Shown: one piece after another, positions 1 to 8,022 of the stretch
Position numbering within the stretch: the first letter of the stretch is position 1
Layout of the letters: each line of letters begins with the position of its first letter
Origin: a virus
Lineage: Duplodnaviria; Caudoviricetes
Direction: 5' to 3' (one strand)
Length of the DNA: 32,222 bases
Virus record (IMG/VR): IMGVR_UViG_3300044267_007955
Coordinates: 1-32,222 of that record
The notes under the pieces: generated by a model
What the model saw: the letters and a program-made list of their open reading frames with translations, nothing else
What the model was told of the DNA's origin: nothing
Databases searched by the model: none
Position numbers and translations under genes: made by a program

Positions 1-2
1 CA

Positions 3-71
3 GGAATAATGTGTGGATTAGCGTCCACTCAGGTTCTTATTGAGAAATGTATGAGAAAAAAAGATGATTAG
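3..71 (+). CDS. 3' end of an upstream gene, possibly a holin or small membrane protein (partial)
   Basis: Open frame ...GIMCGLASTQVLIEKCMRKKDD* overlaps the next ATG; hydrophobic stretch followed by a basic tail; sits next to membrane-anchored genes. Confidence 0.3.
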   Translation, partial: GIMCGLASTQVLIEKCMRKKDD

Positions 72-465
72 TTTTCTGAAAAAAGCAAAGGACTTTGTTG
101 TAAAATACTGGAAAATATTAGTTGGCATTGTATATGCCATCGGTGTATGGGTGTTTTTTAAGGGACGTGCCGATAAAGTCAAAGAGGTTTTGAAGGTAAA
201 GGAAGATAGTTACAAGAAACAAATTGATTCTCTGAATGATAGCCATGCGGAAGAGATTGCTCTAAGAGATGAAGCTCTAGATAAGTACCATGAAATCATT
301 GCGAAAATAGAAAAAGAATACGAGGGAAAGAAAGAAAACCTTTCTGAGAAAAAGAAAGAAGAAGTAAAGAAGCTCGTAGAAGAGAATAGCGACAATCCAA
401 GCAATCTCGCAAAACTAATTTCAGATAAGTTTGGAATCATACACATTGAAGGTGGAGAGGGATGA
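64..465 (+). CDS. N-terminally membrane-anchored coiled-coil protein (i-spanin/Rz-like architecture)
   Basis: TM helix YWKILVGIVYAIGVWVFF followed by a K/E-rich coiled coil. Confidence 0.5.
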   Translation: MISFLKKAKDFVVKYWKILVGIVYAIGVWVFFKGRADKVKEVLKVKEDSYKKQIDSLNDSHAEEIALRDEALDKYHEIIAKIEKEYEGKKENLSEKKKEEVKKLVEENSDNPSNLAKLISDKFGIIHIEGGEG

Positions 466-1037
466 AAGAGATACTAACAGAGTGGAGAAAATTTCTAAAT
501 GAACGGGACCCCGTGAATGAAGCCCCGGCTGTCATCTCGAAGATAAGCCCGGCCGGACAACGGGCTGCTTCTGGTCAGGGCAGGCTTGGAGATATGACCA
601 TTGAAGAGCTTGGTGAAAAGATTGTACAGGCTCGCCAAGATGCTGGAGAAGGAGATGCACAGTTTGCTGCAAAAGTATTAGGAAAGTTTGCCATGCTCAT
701 TGACCCGACCGGCGTCTCCGCCGCTATCGGTGCCGCCGAAATTGTAAAGGATATCATGAATAGAGCAAACAGGGAGATGGACTCAAACCCCGAAACAGCG
801 CAAGAAGCTAAAAATTATCCCCTCTTGGATCTGCTAGATGTTGATCCTTACCTTGTTAGCAAGATAGATAAGGGTGTGCTAGAAGATCTAGACAAAAGAT
901 ACGAAGCTTATATCAAAGAACTCCCAGATGAAACTTTAGTAAGTGACATTGTGGATGTCAATGTTTTTATCAGGGACGAAATAGAAAAAGACACCAACAG
1001 GAATGTCGTTATTAGAGACGAGAACCCAGAGGACTAA
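462..1037 (+). CDS. Hypothetical protein with MKEILTEWRKF leader, putative internal head protein
   Basis: ATGA overlap with upstream stop, GGAG RBS; leader shared with the next gene; LNE/VNE candidate protease sites. Confidence 0.65.
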   Translation: MKEILTEWRKFLNERDPVNEAPAVISKISPAGQRAASGQGRLGDMTIEELGEKIVQARQDAGEGDAQFAAKVLGKFAMLIDPTGVSAAIGAAEIVKDIMNRANREMDSNPETAQEAKNYPLLDLLDVDPYLVSKIDKGVLEDLDKRYEAYIKELPDETLVSDIVDVNVFIRDEIEKDTNRNVVIRDENPED

Positions 1038-1071
1038 GATGAAAGAGATACTAACAGAATGGCGAAAATTT
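462..1071 (+). repeat. 33-bp direct repeat at two gene starts (462-494 and 1039-1071)
   Basis: ATGAAAGAGATACTAACAGA(G/A)TGG(A/C)GAAAATTT, 31/33 identical, both differences synonymous. Confidence 0.95.
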
Positions 1072-1653
1072 GTAATGAGCGAAAAGCTAATGCTCAAGCC
1101 CGGACCAAACGGCTGGGATAAGTATTGTGAACTAGTAGCCGAGGCTTATGCTAAAGCACCTAAGTTTGATTCAAGCGCTGTGTCCTCTTTTGAAGCTATG
1201 AAGCCTTTTGTTGACAAGATGTTCAAAAGGATTGAAGGTGTTGTTGATGTTGAGTTTGTTGAAGAGCACCCATATGAGAATGCCGAAGAACTAAAGCAAG
1301 ACGTTAAGCAAAATAATGTGCTAAAAATTTCCACACTTGACGCAGAGCATGATATCTTCGACCCAGCAACAAACGCAAAGTTCAGAGCAGTCCACGATTT
1401 TATGTCTCACATCCAGCGTGACACAAAGTTTGACGCCAAAGGCGAGATTGCATCTTATAACGCACACATACAAACAATGCCCCCTAAGTCTCACCCAGCA
1501 CTATTTACAGAAGTGGTAGGTCAGGCTTGCTCGTTTATTGTGAATGGTAAGTTCCCAGAGCAAAAGATTGCCCTACTCCCCGGCTTTGACTACGAAAAGG
1601 TGGGAGTTGTGGAAGGCTACGACATTGTAAATAAGGAGTTAGTCAAGAAATGA
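1039..1653 (+). CDS. Hypothetical protein with MKEILTEWRKF leader and FRAVHDxxxH...GE...H...TE..GQ...FPEQK motif set
   Basis: Start moved from 1003 to ATG 1039 (GAGGA RBS, identical leader to 462 gene); His/Glu motifs suggest an enzymatic or metal-binding fold. Confidence 0.7.
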   Translation: MKEILTEWRKFVMSEKLMLKPGPNGWDKYCELVAEAYAKAPKFDSSAVSSFEAMKPFVDKMFKRIEGVVDVEFVEEHPYENAEELKQDVKQNNVLKISTLDAEHDIFDPATNAKFRAVHDFMSHIQRDTKFDAKGEIASYNAHIQTMPPKSHPALFTEVVGQACSFIVNGKFPEQKIALLPGFDYEKVGVVEGYDIVNKELVKK

Positions 1654-3065
1654 AAATTACAAAGAAGAGATTAGAAAAGTTAATAAGAGAAGAAATAGGA
1701 AAGGTTGAGGTTGATTACAACAATATAATTTCTGAGAATATTTCTGAAAATGAAAAAGAAGCTAAAAGCTTGTTGGAGGATGAAAATCTTAGTGACCACA
1801 TTAGGGAAAACTATGATAATATTTTTATTCCTGTTCTAGATGAGTCAACCAATGAAAAGAGATATGAAGCAAGAAACTTTGATGAATATGTTCAAGAGTG
1901 CTACAGTCAAAATCGTATAGACGAACTTTACGCAACTCTAGATGAATCTTTTGAATATGAACGCCAATTCTACTTTCAAGAAAACGCTGAACTTTCCGAA
2001 GTGGAGATTATAAAGAAAGGTGTAGAAAAAGTAAAAGGCATGGCAAGAAAAGCCAAAGAAACTTTTGACAGAAGTAAATTGATATTCTTTCTAAAATTAG
2101 CAGACAAAGGCTTGAAGCTTTTGCTAACTGCGTCTAAATCTGTATTTTCTTTCCTTACAAAAGGCGCAATTAAATTAGGAAAGCTTTGGATGAAGAAATT
2201 GGCAGCAGCTAAACAAACCATTAGTCAAACATGGGTTCAATTAAAAGAGTGGATGTCTAATTCTATTTCAAAAATCATGAATCTTATAATGAAGCCTTTC
2301 AACTGGCTGGCTAGCAAAATTGCAGCAGATGAAAAGCAAGCTCAAGAAATCGCACCAATCCTAATGAGCATTACTATAAGCGCAACAACGCTAGCCATGA
2401 TCATATCTACAGGAGGAGTCCAAGTATTTACATCATTTACAAACAGCCTTACTAACGGAATTGAAGCACTTCTTAAAAGTGGAGGTGAGGAATTGGCTGC
2501 TAATATCTGTGGAGGCGAAGGCTTATCAGAAGAAGTAGCCATGTGTGGCGTTGTTGTGTCTAACGGGAGAGAATTGACGCAAAGAGAATGCATTCGACTA
2601 TTGAATGGGGCAGAGGAAAGATTTATGTCTGCTGTTGAAGGCTCACCAAAGCAAGAGTTCATAAAGGATCTACTCACCAAAACTAAAGCCGCAGCAATAA
2701 ACGCGACCGAGGATTTTGATAAAAAAGATGTCGTCATTGATCTAACTAAAACAAGCGATAAGATGGCTAGATTTGCAGAGAGGATGATAACACTAACTCC
2801 AGATCAACTGGATGCAGCCGATGCAGCGTTTCCGGAGGATGTTCTAAGACAAACAGCAAAAAGCATTGACTTGACAACTAAAGCGGAGCAAGCCGCAGCC
2901 GAGTGGTTTGCAAAAGCCAATCAAGTCCAAGGGGCAGTTCAAGAAACAACAAAAGAAGTAATACAAGCCGCACCATCCATACGCCCAGACATAAACTGGA
3001 AGACCACATCTGATTTTGAAGAGAGCTTGAACAGGTATAAAGAATTAGCCGGGATAAAAGGATGA
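1650..3065 (+). CDS. Hypothetical putative internal head/ejection protein
   Basis: MKITKKRLEKLIREEI leader, acidic N-terminal region with many [IL]xE sites, central hydrophobic helix, C-terminal RYKELAGI. Confidence 0.6.
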   Translation: MKITKKRLEKLIREEIGKVEVDYNNIISENISENEKEAKSLLEDENLSDHIRENYDNIFIPVLDESTNEKRYEARNFDEYVQECYSQNRIDELYATLDESFEYERQFYFQENAELSEVEIIKKGVEKVKGMARKAKETFDRSKLIFFLKLADKGLKLLLTASKSVFSFLTKGAIKLGKLWMKKLAAAKQTISQTWVQLKEWMSNSISKIMNLIMKPFNWLASKIAADEKQAQEIAPILMSITISATTLAMIISTGGVQVFTSFTNSLTNGIEALLKSGGEELAANICGGEGLSEEVAMCGVVVSNGRELTQRECIRLLNGAEERFMSAVEGSPKQEFIKDLLTKTKAAAINATEDFDKKDVVIDLTKTSDKMARFAERMITLTPDQLDAADAAFPEDVLRQTAKSIDLTTKAEQAAAEWFAKANQVQGAVQETTKEVIQAAPSIRPDINWKTTSDFEESLNRYKELAGIKG

Positions 3066-3505
3066 AACAACTACTATCCATATTTTTAGTTATACTCTTT
3101 GCTTTCCCTGCTTGGGCGCAAGAGGGGGTTATAACTGAATTGAAAAAGGGAGATCCTGCACCCTTTACTGGTGTTCTGATGGACCCAACGGCAGCAGCCA
3201 AGGTTCTCACCGATAAGAAATACACAGCAGAGGAATGTCGCTTAGAGATAGACAGAGAGCTAAAGCTGTTATCCGCACAACTGGAGCTTGATTTACAGAT
3301 CAGCGACATAAAATTGAAGTCTTCAACAAAAAAGTATGAGCAACTCTTAACCATAAAAGATGAAGAAATTGGCAGACTTCAGGAACTAGCCCTTGAGTCG
3401 CCCAATGATTATTCTCATTGGTGGTTGGCTGGTGGGGTACTCGGCGGCATAATTATATCTATATCCGTGTTTGCAATCGCGGTGGAGATAAAGAACAATG
3501 AGTAG
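3062..3505 (+). CDS. Exported coiled-coil protein with C-terminal TM (possible spanin-like lysis accessory)
   Basis: Sec signal MKQLLSIFLVILFAFPAWA, KGDPAPFTGVL motif, coiled coil, C-terminal TM WWLAGGVLGGIIISISVFAIAV. Confidence 0.5.
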   Translation: MKQLLSIFLVILFAFPAWAQEGVITELKKGDPAPFTGVLMDPTAAAKVLTDKKYTAEECRLEIDRELKLLSAQLELDLQISDIKLKSSTKKYEQLLTIKDEEIGRLQELALESPNDYSHWWLAGGVLGGIIISISVFAIAVEIKNNE

Positions 3506-4376
3506 AAGACTAAGAACATTAGGTCAGCTTCAACAATATGTTCGTGTAAAAGAGAAAAGGCATGACGCTGAAAATCTACCTGCTCGTGGTGGGCTGGGTC
3601 AAATTCAATTCAACAGCGGCGGCGACCGAGCCGGTATTCCTAATTTTACTTTTGACGGCACAGATTTACAAATAACGCCCGAAACCGAACTTAGATTTGG
3701 TAACAATATGATTTCCGGTTCAGCCGATGGTATTACTTTGTCTGGTTCAAAGATTCAAATAGATGGAACCCTAGAGGGAGCCTCTCCGCTAAAGATCGGC
3801 GGTGAGCTACAGTTTGTGTCCACCGGAGACGCAGCCGCCTTCAATTTTGGACCAAATAATGAAGCGAAAATATACTACGAAGACGGCGGCAGCGGGGCAT
3901 TGATCGTTTCAGGGTCAGTCCACCGAGGTTTGGTCTTGTCCGGATCCTGCGTTCATGTTGACAAATTTTTGGCTATCGGCGATTGTTCCGCAACCCATGC
4001 GATCACTTTGCCAGACACAAGCGATGTATCTGGGAAAGTTAAGGCAAATGCTTTTGTCTCCTACTCCTCTATACGATTCAAAAAAAATGTACAACCGCTG
4101 GAAAATTCAATAGATATTCTAAAAAAACTAAATGGAGTTTCTTATGATTGGAAAGACACTGGCAAAAAAGACTATGGCTTTATCGCAGAGGAAGTCGGCA
4201 AAGTTTTACCAGAAATTGTAGAATGGTCAGCGAATCCCGAATATGCAAACAGCATGGATTACATTCGTATCATTTCATTTTTGGTCGAAGGTGCGAAAGA
4301 GCAAGACAAAAAAATTACAGATTTAGAAAATAAACTTGCCATTATTAGTGAAAAGTTAGATAAAATAAAAGTATAA
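3498..4376 (+). CDS. Short fibre/spike protein with C-terminal Peptidase S74 intramolecular chaperone
   Basis: SSIRFKKNV...LNGVSYDWK...GFIAEEV...LPEIV...MDY plus terminal coiled coil; beta-rich Gly/Ser N-terminal part. Confidence 0.85.
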   Translation: MSRRLRTLGQLQQYVRVKEKRHDAENLPARGGLGQIQFNSGGDRAGIPNFTFDGTDLQITPETELRFGNNMISGSADGITLSGSKIQIDGTLEGASPLKIGGELQFVSTGDAAAFNFGPNNEAKIYYEDGGSGALIVSGSVHRGLVLSGSCVHVDKFLAIGDCSATHAITLPDTSDVSGKVKANAFVSYSSIRFKKNVQPLENSIDILKKLNGVSYDWKDTGKKDYGFIAEEVGKVLPEIVEWSANPEYANSMDYIRIISFLVEGAKEQDKKITDLENKLAIISEKLDKIKV

Positions 4377-4385
4377 TCACTCAAT

Positions 4386-4796
4386 ATGAAAAAAGATCTA
4401 AACTATATCGCCAAGCTAGAGCAAGCGATTGCTGAAAAGTATGGCAAAGAAACAATCCAAAATCCAAGGTCCACTTGGACTCAAGAAAAAGAGCAAAAAT
4501 ACCTTGAGGAAATAAAAGAAATATATAAACAAGAGCTTCAAAATAAAACATATGATGAGAAAATTGAAGCAAATGGTTTTTTTGTTTCAAAAAAACTACT
4601 TACTAACAAGGAAGACCGTACTTGCCCCGCTTGCTTCGTTTATTCTTTTGAACAGAAAGACGACGTTTACATGAATAAGTACGATTGCTGCTACCGCTGC
4701 TACTTAAAATTCGTCGAGGGCAAAGAAGAAAGGTGGCAAAACATAGATAAGAGAGTAGAATTTTTATCTAACTATTATAGTCGAGGAGAAGAATAA
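4386..4796 (+). CDS. Hypothetical Zn-finger protein
   Basis: CPAC...CCYRC cysteine pairs. Confidence 0.65.
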   Translation: MKKDLNYIAKLEQAIAEKYGKETIQNPRSTWTQEKEQKYLEEIKEIYKQELQNKTYDEKIEANGFFVSKKLLTNKEDRTCPACFVYSFEQKDDVYMNKYDCCYRCYLKFVEGKEERWQNIDKRVEFLSNYYSRGEE

Positions 4797-5395
4797 TGGC
4801 AACAGCTTTAGAAATTGTAAGAGGTATATCTCAAGTGCTCGCTAACTCATATGACGGAGCACTAGACGAAAACGGTGATCCAATTAAGATTGGTCTGAGA
4901 AGAGAAGAAGAAGTGAAAATTACAGACAAAAGAGTCATGGATGGTTTCGGATGCACAATTTCTGGAAATCGTCTAAAAATTAGTTATCAAGCGGAATGCA
5001 CACTCAAAGAAGTCCATCAGGACAACAAATTTGAAAGCGACATTGCTTCTATGATCGAAAATATCAAAAAGTTTTTGACCAAAGAATACAAAAAAGTCAC
5101 TGGTGAGACGCTATCTTTGACTAAAGAAGGCGAGGTAGACATCCTTGTTCAAGCTATCTCCAGACAAAGAACAGATGTTTGCGCCCAGCAACATTACAAA
5201 ATTAGTGGTCTAAAAGACGTCGTTGGTGTAGAAGAGGTGGACAGAAACAAAGATCCTCAAATCAAAGACCTTGACTCAGCCATCAAGAACTTTATGCAAA
5301 CAGCTAAAGATTCTTATTCCGGTGCAAAGAAACCAAGCAATTACTCGTCCAAAGACGAGGGTGGTCAAACTCTGAAGGATTTATATAAGGTATGA
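4796..5395 (+). CDS. Hypothetical phage protein
   Basis: GAGGAG RBS, TAATG overlap, 199-aa ORF. Confidence 0.75.
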   Translation: MATALEIVRGISQVLANSYDGALDENGDPIKIGLRREEEVKITDKRVMDGFGCTISGNRLKISYQAECTLKEVHQDNKFESDIASMIENIKKFLTKEYKKVTGETLSLTKEGEVDILVQAISRQRTDVCAQQHYKISGLKDVVGVEEVDRNKDPQIKDLDSAIKNFMQTAKDSYSGAKKPSNYSSKDEGGQTLKDLYKV

Positions 5396-6432
5396 TCACA
5401 AAAGAGCAAATAGAAGAGGAGCTAATACTAGCGCTAGAGGAGATGGAAACCTCCGAAGATCTCACGGAAATTTCACCCTTGAAGGGGCTTTCAAATATCT
5501 TTCAAAGGATGAAAGGAGCAAAGAGCCGCCGACCCGCACAACCCTCCCCGGAAGAAAAAGACACAGGCTCAGACGAAGGCGGAGAGACCTCTGGTGAAGG
5601 CGAAGGCGAATCTAGTAAAGCATCGCTACCAAAAGATACCCCAGTCTCTGTAATGAAAAAGCAAAAAGATGTTGTGGTTGGACAAGGTGGGCAAAAAGAA
5701 ACTCCGCTCGTCACACATATTCAAAAGATGGGCGTAAGTCAAAGCACTGCACAAGCGATTGCTAAAAGAATCGGTCAGTACCTAAAGCAAAGAAATATTC
5801 CAATTGCAGAGGTAATTGAAAGAATGGATTCACTAGAGGAGGCAACAGACGTCTCCAGAGTAAAATCTTCTCTTTTTAGCAGAATGCGCTTGGTAATGCC
5901 GGGGAACAAAGTAAGACCAGAGACAAAAAAGAAAGAAGCATACTTTGTAATGGCTCTTCATCAAGTTGCAAAATCCAAAGACGCTGAAAAATTTAGAAAA
6001 TTCATTGCAAAAAGACATAAAGGCTCTGCTGATATAGCTGCGATGCCCGAAGAGGATATCACACAGCTAATGAATTACGTCCTAACAAGCCCTGAATTCA
6101 AGAAGTATCACAAGGCTAGTTATGAATTCCGCCAAGCACAAGCGGCAGAAAAAGAAAAAGGACGTCAAGGTGTCCGTGCCCTTGGAAAAGACAAAGGCGT
6201 CGTTGGCAAGATAGTCAGCCGCTTCATTGGCGATAATCAAGAACTTATCAAAAAAGATGCCGGTCTAAAAGCTATCCTTGACGACCCAGTAAAATTCAAC
6301 AAATTAGCGAAAAGTATCAGAGACATGCTACGAAGACAACTTAAGCGTAGAGGCTACGAAGCGGGACAGGTTTCAAGCATGTTGGAAACTGTGGAACCGC
6401 TCCTTGTTACACTAAGAGAACAAAGGTCATGA
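5392..6432 (+). CDS. Hypothetical basic protein with acidic leader, putative internal head protein
   Basis: MITKEQIEEELILALEE...LTE leader followed by K/R-rich helical body; ATGA overlap. Confidence 0.6.
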   Translation: MITKEQIEEELILALEEMETSEDLTEISPLKGLSNIFQRMKGAKSRRPAQPSPEEKDTGSDEGGETSGEGEGESSKASLPKDTPVSVMKKQKDVVVGQGGQKETPLVTHIQKMGVSQSTAQAIAKRIGQYLKQRNIPIAEVIERMDSLEEATDVSRVKSSLFSRMRLVMPGNKVRPETKKKEAYFVMALHQVAKSKDAEKFRKFIAKRHKGSADIAAMPEEDITQLMNYVLTSPEFKKYHKASYEFRQAQAAEKEKGRQGVRALGKDKGVVGKIVSRFIGDNQELIKKDAGLKAILDDPVKFNKLAKSIRDMLRRQLKRRGYEAGQVSSMLETVEPLLVTLREQRS

Positions 6433-6433
6433 G

Positions 6434-8017
6434 ATGGCTGGATATCAATTATCAAAAAAACAAATAGTCCAAGAAATCATCAAGTGTGGTAAAGACCCCA
6501 CACACTTCATAAATAATTATGTAAAAATATCACACCCCCTTGAAGGACAAATCCCCTTCAAAACCTTTGACTTCCAAGCAGATCTGCTGGAAGACTTCAA
6601 CGATTACCGTTTCAATATTGTGCTAAAAGCTAGACAGCTTGGTATTTCCACCATCGTTGCTGCTTACGTTGCTTGGATGATGGTATTTCATAGGGATAAG
6701 AACATCCTTGTTATCGCCACTAAGTTTGGAACAGCAACAAACCTTGTAAAAAAGGTGAAAAGCATGATAAAAAACCTTCCAGACTGGATCCGCATCGCAG
6801 AGGTATCAATTGATAACAGGGCGTCATTTGAGTTGAGTAACGGGTCCCAGATCAAAGCTTCTTCCACTTCTGGAGACGCAGGTCGCTCAGAGGCACTTTC
6901 GCTTCTTGTCGTTGATGAGGCAGCACACGTTGAGGGTCTAGACGAGCTTTGGACAGGTTTGTACCCTACACTGTCTACTGGTGGTCGCTGCATTGCCCTT
7001 TCCACTCCCAACGGCGTTGGTAATTGGTTCCATCAGACCTACTCAGATTCAGAAACACAAAGCAACGATTTTCACCCAACAGTGTTGCCTTGGGATGTTC
7101 ACCCGGACAGAGATAAACAATGGTTCGATAAAGAAACGCGAAACATGTCTAGGCGACAAATCGCCCAAGAGCTTGAGTGTAACTTCAATACGTCCGGTGA
7201 GTCCGTCATCCACCCGGAAGATATTAGCAATATGGAAGAGCACACCATATGCGAGCCAAAGTACAAGACAGGCTTTGATAGAAACTTGTGGATTTGGGAA
7301 CCATACCAAACTGGTGGCAGTTATGTGCTAGTAGCTGACGTTGCAAGAGGCGACGGACGAGATCATTCTGCTTTTCACGTTATCAATGTGGATACCATGG
7401 AGCAAGTGGCTGAATACCAAGGAAAGCCAAATCTAGAGATGTACGCTAGCCTTCTAAGTCAAACTGGTAGAGAATATGGTGAATGTCTTGTTGTGGTCGA
7501 AAATAACAATATTGGTTTTTCGGTATTGGAAAAACTAACAAATGAATATGAATATCCTAATTTATATTATTCAGTCAAGTCCACTCACGAATATGTCGAA
7601 CAAGTGATTGCAGAGCACCAATCTAATACTGTAGCTGGTTTTACTACCTCTATGAAGACAAGACCACTAATTATTGCTAAACTAGAGGAATTCGTAAGAA
7701 ATCAACTAATTACTTTGCGCTCGGTTCGCCTAGTGAATGAATTGAGAACTTTTGTCTGGAACAACGGCAGAGCACAGGCGATGCGAGGCTACAATGATGA
7801 TTTGACCATGAGTATTGCAATCGCATGCTGGGTAAAAGATACTGCATTGACAACAAATAAGAGAGCCATGGAATACAACAAGGCATTTATTAGCTCCATG
7901 GTCACAACTAAAACATCACTTAATACGACTATACCGGGACAAAAGGGGTATAAAGAGATAAAAAAGGGTGATAAAATAAAAAAGCAGCAGCAATTTGAAT
8001 GGCTCTACAAAGGATGA
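6434..8017 (+). CDS. terL: Terminase large subunit (T4 gp17-like)
   Basis: KARQLGIST Walker A region, LLVVDEAAH Walker B, STPNG motif III, RNase H-like ADVARGDGRD and NDDL motifs. Confidence 0.97.
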   Translation: MAGYQLSKKQIVQEIIKCGKDPTHFINNYVKISHPLEGQIPFKTFDFQADLLEDFNDYRFNIVLKARQLGISTIVAAYVAWMMVFHRDKNILVIATKFGTATNLVKKVKSMIKNLPDWIRIAEVSIDNRASFELSNGSQIKASSTSGDAGRSEALSLLVVDEAAHVEGLDELWTGLYPTLSTGGRCIALSTPNGVGNWFHQTYSDSETQSNDFHPTVLPWDVHPDRDKQWFDKETRNMSRRQIAQELECNFNTSGESVIHPEDISNMEEHTICEPKYKTGFDRNLWIWEPYQTGGSYVLVADVARGDGRDHSAFHVINVDTMEQVAEYQGKPNLEMYASLLSQTGREYGECLVVVENNNIGFSVLEKLTNEYEYPNLYYSVKSTHEYVEQVIAEHQSNTVAGFTTSMKTRPLIIAKLEEFVRNQLITLRSVRLVNELRTFVWNNGRAQAMRGYNDDLTMSIAIACWVKDTALTTNKRAMEYNKAFISSMVTTKTSLNTTIPGQKGYKEIKKGDKIKKQQQFEWLYKG

Positions 8018-8022
8018 AATAA

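Noticed and set aside
1003-1038. ORF-track start at 1003
   Set aside because: ATG 1039 has an RBS, no overlap and the shared leader
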